A stretch of DNA of 64,000 nucleotides from Parcubacteria group bacterium GW2011_GWC1_36_108 (GTDB lineage: Bacteria; Patescibacteriota; Minisyncoccia; Moranbacterales; GWC2-37-73), in NCBI GenBank assembly GCA_000991245.1, contig LBRD01000001.1:5467-69466 (forward strand), given 5' to 3'. Under the pieces are notes generated by a model. It was given only the letters and a program-made list of their open reading frames with translations, did not search any database and had not been told where the DNA came from. The translations under genes were made by a program, and so were the position numbers. Positions 28,077-36,940 of this stretch are shown here, piece after piece. How positions within the stretch are numbered: position 1 is the first letter of the stretch; the number at the start of each line of letters is the position of its first letter.

Positions 28077-28561
28077 TATCCCCACTTTAGAGATGTGAAT
28101 ATCAAAAATGTCATAAGAACTTCGAGACACACCTCAACTCTTGATGACCACCAGAAAAATGGATGAAGTTTCTTGCCTCCACAAATTATCAAGTATCCGG
28201 GACTTAGAAATGATATGCTCCTGTTAATAAAAAAACCTACCCACCCCAATACGCCAATAATCTTTATAGTGGTCATATCAAGATTTTTTACAATTTGAAA
28301 TACCTTTCCAAATTCCAAATCTGCCAAATGCTTACTTATATTAATACCCATTGCAGACAAAATCATTAAAGCTCCAATTGTGTAAAAAATTTCCGTAACA
28401 ACTACCAAGGTTAAATACGTCTTTACTGAAACTCCCATCTCTGCCTGCATCTTTTTGCCCTTCATGGCAGCATACACACTTATGCCAATTCCAGTAATCC
28501 ATGCAACGACGGTCGCAACATTAACAAGAATTTTCTGTATCTCTGTAAATTCCATTAGCAT
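28076..28561 (-). CDS. Hypothetical membrane protein (about 4 TM)
   Basis: Hydrophobic ORF with aggag SD, directly downstream of speD. Confidence 0.7.
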   Translation of the reverse strand: MLMEFTEIQKILVNVATVVAWITGIGISVYAAMKGKKMQAEMGVSVKTYLTLVVVTEIFYTIGALMILSAMGINISKHLADLEFGKVFQIVKNLDMTTIKIIGVLGWVGFFINRSISFLSPGYLIICGGKKLHPFFWWSSRVEVCLEVLMTFLIFTSLKWG

Positions 28562-28588
28562 CTCCTTTTTAATGAACTTTTTTATTTT

Positions 28589-28993
28589 TTATATCAAATT
28601 GCAACTTGGATATTTGGTGCCTCTTTTTATAAAATTAACCTCTAATTCTTTTAAGCCAAATTGCTTTTTAAAATATTCTTTGATAAATTCCGTATTCATC
28701 CCATTTCTGCAGGTATATACATCTATGCTAATAAAGCATCTAAGCGGAAATGTGTGCATACTTATATGACTTTCCTCTATAACAACAACACCCGTCCATC
28801 CTCCAGGATCCTTTTCACTTCCACCTTTTGCAAAATAAACTACTGGCTCTGCCAATTTTTTCATTTCCAATAACTCGGGTAATTCACATAAGCATTTCAA
28901 AACTAAATCATTATCATTTAATTTTTCAGTGTTACCACCATATCCATCAATTGTTAAATGTTCGCCAAAATTACATGTTTTTTCTAAATTCAT
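28589..28993 (-). CDS. speD: S-adenosylmethionine decarboxylase proenzyme
   Basis: GEHLTIDGY, GWTGVVVIEESHISMHTFP (ESH cleavage site), IDVYTC; a paralogous substrate such as Arg or Orn is not excluded. Confidence 0.85.
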   Translation of the reverse strand: MNLEKTCNFGEHLTIDGYGGNTEKLNDNDLVLKCLCELPELLEMKKLAEPVVYFAKGGSEKDPGGWTGVVVIEESHISMHTFPLRCFISIDVYTCRNGMNTEFIKEYFKKQFGLKELEVNFIKRGTKYPSCNLI

Positions 28994-29154
28994 TTTTTTG
29001 TTGATTTATTTTTTAAATGCTTTTAAAATTATTCTAGCACACAATAATAAAAAATAAACCAAACATTTTTCAGGCAATTTTAAACTATATTTCACAAAAC
29101 ACCATTTGTCAAGCATTTATACCATTTTCATTTTAAATAAGGCATTCAAAAGCG

Positions 29155-29186
29155 AAAAAACGCTCCGACATCGCGGAGCGTTTTTG
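29155..29186 (-). terminator. Intrinsic terminator after glyQS
   Basis: aaaaacgctccg-acatcg-cggagcgttttt. Confidence 0.8.
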
Positions 29187-29198
29187 TATGTGTAAAGT

Positions 29199-30572
29199 CT
29201 ATTTCAATTTCTCTCCAAAATACTTTCCAAGCTCATCAATCTTAATTCTCTCTTGCTGCATCGTATCGCGGTCGCGGACTGTAACAGTACCATCTTCAAG
29301 TGAATCAAAATCAACCGTCACACAATATGGCGTTCCAATTTCATCTTGCCTGCGATAACGCTTTCCAACATTTCCATTATCATCAAACTCACACATAAAA
29401 TCTTCACTTAGGTTTTGGAAAATTTCTTTAGCCTTTGCAACCAACTCTGGCTTATTTTTCATCAATGGAAAAACTGCAACTTTGATTGGAGCCACAGCTT
29501 TAGGGAATTTCATCACAATGCGTTCCCCGTCTTCAAGCTTCTCTTCGGTATAGCCTGCACAAATAGCTGTCAAAATTAATCTATCCAAACCAACTGTCGG
29601 TTCAAGCACGTGCGGAGTGTAGCGCTTATTCGTTGTTGCATCAAAATAATCAAGTTTCTGACCAGAAAATTTTGAATGCTGTGTCAAATCAAAATCTCCA
29701 CGATGAGCTAAACCAAAAAGCTCACCAAACCCGAATGGAAAATTATATTCTGTATCAATTGTCTTTTTAGAATAATGAGAAAGTTTTGCCTTTGGATGTT
29801 CATAGCGGCGTAAGTCTTCTTTTTTAGCGCCGATAGAAATTGCAAATTCTTCCTGCTCATCCAGCCATTTTTCAAATAACGGTTCCCATTTAGTTTCCGG
29901 CTCAATGAAATATTCAATTTCCATTTGTTCAAATTCTCTAATTCTGAAAATGAAATTTCTTGCCACGATTTCATTGCGAAATGCTTTTCCAATTTGTGCA
30001 ATTCCAAATGGAATTTTTACACGCATCGAATCAATCACATTTTTATAATCAGAAAAAATTGCTCCAGCAGTTTCAGGACGAAGATATATTGGACCATCAA
30101 CACTATTCATTTCGGTTTGAAACATCTGACTCATATTGCGAACTTCAGTCCAGTCAGACTTTCCACATTCGGGACATTTAAGTCCTGCCTGCAAAGTTTT
30201 TGTCATCTTTTCTAATTCTCCTTCCATATCCTCTCCAGTCAATTCCTTCACAATGTGATCAGCGCGAAATCTTTTATTGCAGTTTTTGCAATCAACAGAA
30301 GCATCGTTAAAGCCACTAATATGACCAGAGGCTTCCCATAATTTCGTGTTAAGCAAAATTGGTCCATCCATTCCAATAATATCTTCTCGTTTTTGGACGA
30401 ACTTCTTCCACCACATCTTTTTAATATTGTTTTTTAATTCCGTTCCATATGGACCATAGCTATATGAATTTGCCAATCCTCCATAAATTTCCGACGTTGG
30501 AAAAATAAATCCACGTCTTTTACAAAATGAAACAATGTCTTCCATCTTGGTAACCTTTTTTTCTTCAGCCAT
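29199..30572 (-). CDS. glyQS: Glycine-tRNA ligase (alpha2 dimeric type)
   Basis: CKRRGFIFP, LRPETA, GKAFRNEI, REFEQMEIE, YRRQDEIGTP motifs. Confidence 0.96.
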   Translation of the reverse strand: MAEEKKVTKMEDIVSFCKRRGFIFPTSEIYGGLANSYSYGPYGTELKNNIKKMWWKKFVQKREDIIGMDGPILLNTKLWEASGHISGFNDASVDCKNCNKRFRADHIVKELTGEDMEGELEKMTKTLQAGLKCPECGKSDWTEVRNMSQMFQTEMNSVDGPIYLRPETAGAIFSDYKNVIDSMRVKIPFGIAQIGKAFRNEIVARNFIFRIREFEQMEIEYFIEPETKWEPLFEKWLDEQEEFAISIGAKKEDLRRYEHPKAKLSHYSKKTIDTEYNFPFGFGELFGLAHRGDFDLTQHSKFSGQKLDYFDATTNKRYTPHVLEPTVGLDRLILTAICAGYTEEKLEDGERIVMKFPKAVAPIKVAVFPLMKNKPELVAKAKEIFQNLSEDFMCEFDDNGNVGKRYRRQDEIGTPYCVTVDFDSLEDGTVTVRDRDTMQQERIKIDELGKYFGEKLK

Positions 30573-30656
30573 ATTTTTATTAGAGCGAGAATATTTTTTA
30601 TTTTTTCACTTAAAACAAGTCTCTTTGGCGTTATGTCAGAAGTTGCAATTGTTTTT

Positions 30657-30678
30657 CCCTGCCTACCGGCAGGCAGGT
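30657..30678. repeat. CCTGCCT-N-GGCAGG palindrome
   Basis: cctgcctaccggcaggcagg; related sequence at about 61324-61344. Confidence 0.6.
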
Positions 30679-30729
30679 GTGACAAAAATAAAAATGTATC
30701 CGAGCGATTAACTATAAAAATTAAATAAA

Positions 30730-30900
30730 ATAAAAACTCGTCTCGAATATAATAAAATGAATTATTACATTCGGGACGAGTCATTAGACACGCGGTTCCA
30801 CCCGACTTCCCCAACATTGCGTCGGGACTACTCTTTTTATGCAAGTTCGATTTTCCCTTATCTTGGGCAAAAAGGAGCCACCCTCTTCTCAACCTCACAT
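30730..30900 (-). ncRNA. T-box riboswitch leader (glycine) upstream of glyQS
   Basis: Minus strand AAGTCGGG-TGGAACC-GCG...TCGTCCCGA antiterminator; overlapping terminator actcgtcccgaatgtaat/attatattcgagacgagt plus T-run; stem III hairpin just upstream. Confidence 0.88.
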
Positions 30901-30906
30901 AGCTCT

Positions 30907-30935
30907 ATTATACTCCTATTGACAGAATTTGTCAA
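30907..30935 (-). promoter_or_regulatory. Consensus sigma70 promoter for the T-box-glyQS transcript
   Basis: TTGACA-N17-TATAAT on the minus strand. Confidence 0.85.
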
Positions 30936-30947
30936 TGATGCTATTAT
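30919..30947 (+). promoter_or_regulatory. Sigma70 promoter for the DEAD-box helicase
   Basis: TTGACA-N17-TATTAT on the plus strand. Confidence 0.7.
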
Positions 30948-31075
30948 TGTTTTTTATGTTAATACCTTCAGTTGTTAGGTCATCAAGCGTATCTATACAT
31001 AAAAAACATTTAATTTTTTGTGTATACGATCTTGCTTGGAAAATTCTTTCCTAGTTTGTTTTGTTTAAAATATAC

Positions 31076-32296
31076 ATGCATAGCAGAAACTTCAAAGCGG
31101 GCAGTTCGCGCCCGACGCGCTCAAGAGCGCCATTCCAAGGCGGACAAAAAAATTCATTCAATAATCAAGGTGGTCGCAAAAAGCGTTTCACTGGAAATTA
31201 TATTGATATCAGCCGCTTTATTAACAAAGCAGCACCAGTCGTCGAAGCTGAGGCGTATGTCCCAGACACTATTTTTGCTGATTTCAAAATAGAAGAATCA
31301 ATCAAGAAAAACATTATCGCTCGTGGATATTTGCATCCAACTCCAATTCAAGATAAAACCATCCCCCACATTCTTGAGGGAAAAGATTTAATTGGTCTTG
31401 CTAATACTGGAACAGGAAAAACCGGAGCATTTTTGCTTCCGATGCTTGATAAGATTATCAAAAATCCTAGCGAGAAATTGTTAGTGGTTGTTCCAACTCG
31501 AGAATTAGCTATTCAAATTCAAGAAGAATTTCGCGCCTTTGCTGCCGGACTTCGCATTGGATCAGTGGTTGTTGTTGGTGGTGCTAACATTCGAACTCAA
31601 ATCGAATGTCTTCGCTCACGTTACAACGTTGTGATCGGAACACCGGGACGACTTAAGGATTTAATCCAACGCAAAAATCTTCATCTTAATACTTTTGCAA
31701 ACGTGGTTCTTGATGAAGCAGACCGTATGCTCGATATGGGATTTATGCCTGACGTGCGATATTTGCTTTCACTTGTTGCGCCAAAAAGACAAACTTTATT
31801 TTTCTCTGCAACGCTTGCTCCAGAAATTGAAAAACTTATTCAAGAATTTTTGGTTGACCCAATAAAGATTTCGATTAGAACTCGAGAAACTGCTGCCAAC
31901 ATCGATCAAGATGTTGTGCGCGTGAAACCAGGCGAAGATAAAATTGAAGTTTTGCAAGACCTACTTCGCAAAGCAAACTTTTCAAAAGTTTTGATTTTTT
32001 CTCGTACCAAACACGGAGCAGAAAAACTTTCCATCATTTTGAGTAAAAATGGATTTAAGGCTCAATCAATTCATGGAGATAAATCTCATGCCAAAAGACA
32101 AAAGGCTTTGAAACTTTTCAAGGAAAATTATGTTGAAATTTTGGTAGCAACCGACGTGGCTGCTCGCGGACTAGATATTCCAAATGTTTCTCACGTGATT
32201 AACTTTGATGTACCTGCAACATACGAAGATTATATCCACCGCATCGGACGAACAGGTCGCGCCGGCAAAACCGGAACAGCTTTGACTTTCGTTTAA
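31076..32296 (+). CDS. DEAD-box RNA helicase (RhlE-like)
   Basis: PTPIQ, ANTGTGKT, PTRELA, DEAD, SAT, ARGLD, HRIGRTGRAG motifs. Confidence 0.95.
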   Translation: MHSRNFKAGSSRPTRSRAPFQGGQKNSFNNQGGRKKRFTGNYIDISRFINKAAPVVEAEAYVPDTIFADFKIEESIKKNIIARGYLHPTPIQDKTIPHILEGKDLIGLANTGTGKTGAFLLPMLDKIIKNPSEKLLVVVPTRELAIQIQEEFRAFAAGLRIGSVVVVGGANIRTQIECLRSRYNVVIGTPGRLKDLIQRKNLHLNTFANVVLDEADRMLDMGFMPDVRYLLSLVAPKRQTLFFSATLAPEIEKLIQEFLVDPIKISIRTRETAANIDQDVVRVKPGEDKIEVLQDLLRKANFSKVLIFSRTKHGAEKLSIILSKNGFKAQSIHGDKSHAKRQKALKLFKENYVEILVATDVAARGLDIPNVSHVINFDVPATYEDYIHRIGRTGRAGKTGTALTFV

Positions 32297-32315
32297 TAGA
32301 TTTCTTCAATATCTT

Positions 32316-32357
32316 TCTCCCCTCAGATGAGGGGAGATGCCTGAAAGGCAGAGGGGT
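32316..32357. repeat. REP-like double hairpin
   Basis: tctcccctc-agat-gaggggaga followed by tgcct-gaa-aggca-gagggg. Confidence 0.5.
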
Positions 32358-32377
32358 TTGAATTGCGCCAAAAAAAG

Positions 32378-32418
32378 AAAATCCCCTTATTCCTGTTTCA
32401 AGAATAAGGGGATTTTTG
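32378..32418. terminator. Bidirectional intrinsic terminator
   Basis: aaatccccttattc...gaataaggggattt with A/T runs on both sides. Confidence 0.75.
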
Positions 32419-32436
32419 ATTGTAACTTTTAAGCTT

Positions 32437-32607
32437 TTATTTTTCCAATGATTCCACTGCCACATACCTTCCCTGACAACAAGTGTTTTCTTGATGCATT
32501 GTCATACAATAAACACAACAATCACCAACAAAGGTAACACGCTTATAGCCACAACCATCACACACGCATAACACCTCTTCCTTCTTGTTTTTATCCAGCT
32601 CTTCCAT
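32437..32607 (-). CDS. Small Cys-rich protein (56 aa, 8 Cys)
   Basis: GGAGGT SD before MEELDK; TTGACA-N17-TATTGT promoter at about 32684-32712; terminator downstream. Confidence 0.65.
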   Translation of the reverse strand: MEELDKNKKEEVLCVCDGCGYKRVTFVGDCCVYCMTMHQENTCCQGRYVAVESLEK

Positions 32608-32725
32608 TTCAACCTCCATTTCAACATTTTAGTATGCCAAAAAAATAGCGACGGTTTAAATATCATAAAAAAAACTAAATGCCACAATATAACATAATAT
32701 AGAAACTGTCAACATATATCGAAAA

Positions 32726-34495
32726 TTAATTTTCAATAATCCCATTACTTTGTATTTGCCACAAACTGTAATAAACACCTTTTTTAGCTAAGAGTTCTTG
32801 GTGATTTCCCTGTTCGGCTATTTTTCCTTTTTCCAAAACAACAATCTTGTCGAAGTCAACAATCGTCGAAAGTCTGTGAGCAATAACAATGGTGGTGATG
32901 TTCCCTTTGGAAAGTTTTTCGATTTCTTCTTGTATTATTTTTTCTGATTTCGTATCAAGTGAAGCAGTAGCCTCATCAAAAATCAAAATTTCAGGATTCT
33001 TGATTAGCATTCTCGCAATAGCAACTCGTTGCTTTTCCCCGCCTGACAACTTCACTCCGCGCTCGCCAACAACAGTTTCAAATCCACTAGGCAAGTCGTT
33101 AACAATAAAATCATAAATGTTTGCCATTTTAGCTGCCCGCTCAACATCCTCTTTTGTTGCGTCAGGTTTTCCATAAGCAATATTATTAAAAATTGTATCA
33201 TTAAACAAAGTTGTATCTTGAGCAACAATTCCAATATGGCTGCGCAAATTTTGCAACTTAAGATCTCTAATATCCACACCATTGATTGTAATTTTTCCAC
33301 TATCAACATCATACAATCTTAGTAATAATTTTGGCACAGTTGATTTTCCACTGCCGGAATACCCGACCAACGCAACCCTTTTCTTAAATGGCACGGTTAG
33401 TGAAACATTACTAAGCACCTCTCTTTCCTGGGCATAACTGAAATTTACATTTTCAAATTTTATTTCACCTGCCCAATCCTGCAGTTCCTTTGCATCCGTC
33501 TTATCTTGAATTGTATTTTTTTCTTTAAGCAATTTCAACATCTCATCAACATTGGCAAGTCCTTCTTTAATAGCTCTATAGGTAAAACCCAAAAATCCCA
33601 GTGGCACCGCAATATTAGCTAAATAGGTTGTAACCAAAACAAAATCACCAATTGTCGCATCTCCGTTTATAAAATGTTCCACAGCCAAAATCAAAATGGC
33701 TGCAAGACCAGCAGTAATAATAAAACCTTGTCCCATGTTCAAATTGGCTCCAGAGCGTATTGATTTTATGAACATCCCAGACCAATTTTCTAATTGTGAG
33801 TCATATTTTTGATATTCATATTTCTCATTGGTAAAGTATTTTACCGTGTCATAATTCAAAAGTGCGTCGATGGATTGTCCAGTTGCCTGATCATCCAATT
33901 TATTAGTTTCCAAAAGCAAAGCCTGTCTTTTTTCTGTAACATAAATTGTGAAAGCAACGTAGACAACTACAAAAAGTAAAAATGTCAGCACGAAAGATAA
34001 TGGAAAGAGAACGACAAAAACTACACCCACAAAAATTATTTGTATGATAGTTGGAACAACATTGAAAGACAAAAACATAAAAATTGTTTCCAATGCTGTT
34101 GTTCCTCGTGTGATTTTGCGAGTTACTCTTCCTGTTGAACGATCAGCATGAAAGGCTGATGGCAAATCCAAGAGGTGTTCAAAAACTTTAAGTGAAATTG
34201 AGCGACGAATATTGGCCTGAACTTTGGCAAAAGCATAATCCTTCATTCCATCCAACACATTGCCACCCCATTGCAAAGCAAAGAATGAGGCTAGTAAAAA
34301 TGCAATAGTCCCAATTGAAGCCGAAGTGCCATAAATCACTAACAAATCAATCAACTTTTTCATCACGTATGGTCCTGCCACCAACAAAACTTTGGAAGCA
34401 ACTACCAACAGAATACTGAAAAATATCCGACCGCTGAAAACTTTCAAATATGGCATCATATCCATAACATTGATTTTTTGATTGTTTTTTTCCAT
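32726..34495 (-). CDS. ABC half-transporter, ATM1/HMT1-like, copy A
   Basis: TM domain with DALLNYDTVKYF; GYSGSGKS, LSGGEKQRVAIAR, DEATASLD. Confidence 0.93.
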   Translation of the reverse strand: MEKNNQKINVMDMMPYLKVFSGRIFFSILLVVASKVLLVAGPYVMKKLIDLLVIYGTSASIGTIAFLLASFFALQWGGNVLDGMKDYAFAKVQANIRRSISLKVFEHLLDLPSAFHADRSTGRVTRKITRGTTALETIFMFLSFNVVPTIIQIIFVGVVFVVLFPLSFVLTFLLFVVVYVAFTIYVTEKRQALLLETNKLDDQATGQSIDALLNYDTVKYFTNEKYEYQKYDSQLENWSGMFIKSIRSGANLNMGQGFIITAGLAAILILAVEHFINGDATIGDFVLVTTYLANIAVPLGFLGFTYRAIKEGLANVDEMLKLLKEKNTIQDKTDAKELQDWAGEIKFENVNFSYAQEREVLSNVSLTVPFKKRVALVGYSGSGKSTVPKLLLRLYDVDSGKITINGVDIRDLKLQNLRSHIGIVAQDTTLFNDTIFNNIAYGKPDATKEDVERAAKMANIYDFIVNDLPSGFETVVGERGVKLSGGEKQRVAIARMLIKNPEILIFDEATASLDTKSEKIIQEEIEKLSKGNITTIVIAHRLSTIVDFDKIVVLEKGKIAEQGNHQELLAKKGVYYSLWQIQSNGIIEN

Positions 34496-34545
34496 AAATC
34501 ATTCCATTCCCTACTAATACAATCGACATGCCATTTTATCAACAT

Positions 34546-34735
34546 CAGAAGCTACGCATTTCGAAACATTTCTTTTTTGGCCAATTGTTGGCGACAGCGA
34601 CTCTTGAGCTTTTGGATAGCTCGCCCCGTCAAATTGTTCACAGTAGTGAACACCAGCTTTGCTGGATTTGACGGGGTAAATATTCATCCAAAAGCGTGCC
34701 AAATAAGAAATTGTTGAGAAAATGCGTAAGTCCTA
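34546..34735. mobile_element. MITE-like 190-bp non-autonomous insertion
   Basis: Flanked by AACAT direct repeats; imperfect terminal inverted repeats (tacgcattt/aaatgcgta); absent from the paralogous site at about 42085. Confidence 0.7.
34624..34676. repeat. CCCCGTTAAAT palindromic repeat, copy 4 (nested in the MITE)
   Basis: ccccgtcaaat-[two hairpins]-atttgacgggg. Confidence 0.8.
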
Positions 34736-34742
34736 AACATAA

Positions 34743-34988
34743 TCAAATCGCGCCCTCTTTTTTAAGAATTTTTTCCTTGTTTTTGGTTCCCTTATTATAA
34801 CCACCAATTTTTCCATCACTTCTGATCACCCGATGACAAGGAACAGCTGGGTCACAATTTTTATTTAACGCGCTGCCAACTGCGCGATACGCATTTGGAC
34901 TACCGACAAGATTGGCAACTTCCTTATAGGTCAAAGTTTTTCCCTTGGGTATTTTCTTCACTTGAGCAAAAACCTTATTGATAAACAT
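34743..34988 (-). CDS. ogt: MGMT-family (O6-alkylguanine) DNA-binding/repair protein
   Basis: IPKGKTLTY, RAVGSAL, PCHRV, GGY motifs; start MFINK. Confidence 0.88.
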   Translation of the reverse strand: MFINKVFAQVKKIPKGKTLTYKEVANLVGSPNAYRAVGSALNKNCDPAVPCHRVIRSDGKIGGYNKGTKNKEKILKKEGAI

Positions 34989-35045
34989 CGAAGAAGTCCT
35001 ATACCCAGGCTTGCCAACTTTTCCGCCAGTTTTTGAATAATTTCT

Positions 35046-35145
35046 CATTTTTTATGATCAAAATTTTCAGCAACGTTTTTTGCTGAAATTATCGAAACTT
35101 CCGCTTCATTTCCAATTCCCCGAAAAACAAGCCAATTTTTTTCAT
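35046..35145 (-). pseudogene. Frameshifted 5' relic resembling D-Ala-D-Ala ligase
   Basis: With one base restored in a G-run it reads MKKIGLFFGGIGNEAEVSIISAKNVAENFDHKK*, matching the Ddl FGG.S.E..VS..SA start. Confidence 0.55.
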
Positions 35146-35222
35146 ATATTTTTCAAGTTTGATTATACCAGTAAAAAACAAAGATGAGCACCTCCTATGC
35201 CGAATTCAAAAGAAATGCTAAA

Positions 35223-35960
35223 TTATTTTATCATATTCCAATTATTCAAATAATAATCCATTTTGTTATCCTTATTTCCAAGATAAACAATGTTATCACG
35301 GAATTTTATATTTACCCTATATCTTTTACCGTGTCCGACTTCCAAAATAGCCTTCTCGTGAACCTTTTTTTCCATTTCATGATAAGGCAGTATTAAAAAA
35401 TCATTCTTATTTTCTCCGTGAAGCACAAAAATATAAAAAATATTTCCTGAATCATGTCTCTCAAAAGACACTTTTCTTACATCAAACACATAGGTATCAA
35501 ACTTGTTTAGGTTTGATGTTTTTACTTGTATACTAAAAAGTCTGTTATCCTTTGTGGCTATTATATCCATTCCAACATCCACACTCATAATACTCGCATT
35601 GAATCCTCGAAAAAGGAGTTCGCTGCAAACCAAATGTTCGCCAGCTTTGCCAGTATAGCCACTTTCAATCTTTATTTTTTCATCTTCTGTTTCCTCATCT
35701 TCTTCTATTTTCTGCTCAAATTTATTTTCAGATCTTTCTGGATTTAAAACATATGTGCTAGGAGCTGTTTTTATAAAATCAGATTTTTTACCTTTATTCC
35801 TAATGTCTATGATGATTTGGGAGTTCATCGAAGAATCCGGAGTTGCTCCCTCTGTTTCCAGAATGCCTTTTTCCAATGCTAAGCGAGTTATGTCTTTGTA
35901 GTGCAATGGCTTGCCTTCTTGCTTGAGTATTTCAATGGCAGAAGTTTTAAATTTGTTCAT
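35223..35960 (-). CDS. HARE-HTH plus PD-(D/E)XK nuclease-like protein
   Basis: AIEILKQEGKPLHYKDIT...GATPDSSM (HB1/ASXL/REase HTH); GKAGEHLV...GMDIIA...IQVKT nuclease core. Confidence 0.8.
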   Translation of the reverse strand: MNKFKTSAIEILKQEGKPLHYKDITRLALEKGILETEGATPDSSMNSQIIIDIRNKGKKSDFIKTAPSTYVLNPERSENKFEQKIEEDEETEDEKIKIESGYTGKAGEHLVCSELLFRGFNASIMSVDVGMDIIATKDNRLFSIQVKTSNLNKFDTYVFDVRKVSFERHDSGNIFYIFVLHGENKNDFLILPYHEMEKKVHEKAILEVGHGKRYRVNIKFRDNIVYLGNKDNKMDYYLNNWNMIK

Positions 35961-36060
35961 AGTATTAAAATTATTTTTTTGTTAAGTCGTATTTCAAACC
36001 CCTTTAATGGGGGGGTACTTATATATGCCATATAACCAGAAATGCTTCTAAAAACTTTGC

Positions 36061-36912
36061 CTATCTTTTTCTTAATGTCCTGCCTGCAATGTCAGGCAGA
36101 CTATCAGCTGGCTGTATGTACGTTGTTATTTTTACATTCTTCATATCCTTTACTAACTTTGCCATAGTTTCTCCAGTCTTTTTTTGTTTTTCATACAAAT
36201 CAGCAATTTCATCGCCAGAAATAGTAAACCCCTCATTAGCCTCAATAAATGTATCTATTTTAAATGCACCATCCTTTTCGCCCTTCGCCTTTTTCATTGA
36301 GTCTAATAGTTTTTCAGGGGTAGAAACATCCAATACTTCCTGCATACCAGTTGCGTGTCCACTTCTTAATCCAAAGCCAGGAACTTTCCCAGCAACAACA
36401 TCGAAAGTAAACATATCCTCTTCAAAAAATGGGCTGTGAAAATCAGAATAATTTATAAAAGGCTTACTATCAATTCGCATTTGAAAATGATAGTGTGGCT
36501 TATTCCAAAAAGCACTTTTTTTGTGACCAATAAAATCTTCTTGGGAACAGGAAAAAGACCACTCAATATTTTTATATTTAACCGTGTACTCAAAATACTT
36601 TTTATTATTTTTTTCATCCTCAAGGTTATTGATATTGCCAAACATTTTCTCATAATTAGCAACCCAGAAAACATAAGCTCTTATTTGGTGATAACAAAAA
36701 TCATTTGTTAAGAGTGAAAAATGTTTCTTTTTAAAACCCTTTGGCTTCAATAGCCAATGAGGACAGGGCTTTGTCTTTTTAAAAAAATTCAGTTTTTGAC
36801 CACAAAGATAGCAAGTGCCATTCCGCATTCCTTCTGTAAATTCACTATGTTGCCTACTGGAATTTTCAATAACCTCTTTATTGAATTTTTCTATTTCTTC
36901 TGCTGTATACAT
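36061..36912 (-). CDS. Hypothetical protein with Cys/His metal-binding motifs
   Basis: CYLC...CPHW and HYHFQM; no family recognised. Confidence 0.7.
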   Translation of the reverse strand: MYTAEEIEKFNKEVIENSSRQHSEFTEGMRNGTCYLCGQKLNFFKKTKPCPHWLLKPKGFKKKHFSLLTNDFCYHQIRAYVFWVANYEKMFGNINNLEDEKNNKKYFEYTVKYKNIEWSFSCSQEDFIGHKKSAFWNKPHYHFQMRIDSKPFINYSDFHSPFFEEDMFTFDVVAGKVPGFGLRSGHATGMQEVLDVSTPEKLLDSMKKAKGEKDGAFKIDTFIEANEGFTISGDEIADLYEKQKKTGETMAKLVKDMKNVKITTYIQPADSLPDIAGRTLRKR

Positions 36913-36940
36913 TTTTTAATTTAAAATAAATAATTGCTTC

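Noticed and set aside
30434-30898. 154-aa ORF upstream of glyQS
   Set aside because: It spans the T-box leader and a palindrome and overlaps glyQS out of frame; spurious.
34514-34717. 62-aa and 79-aa ORFs in the MITE-like insert
   Set aside because: They cross a foldback element and show no protein-like features.
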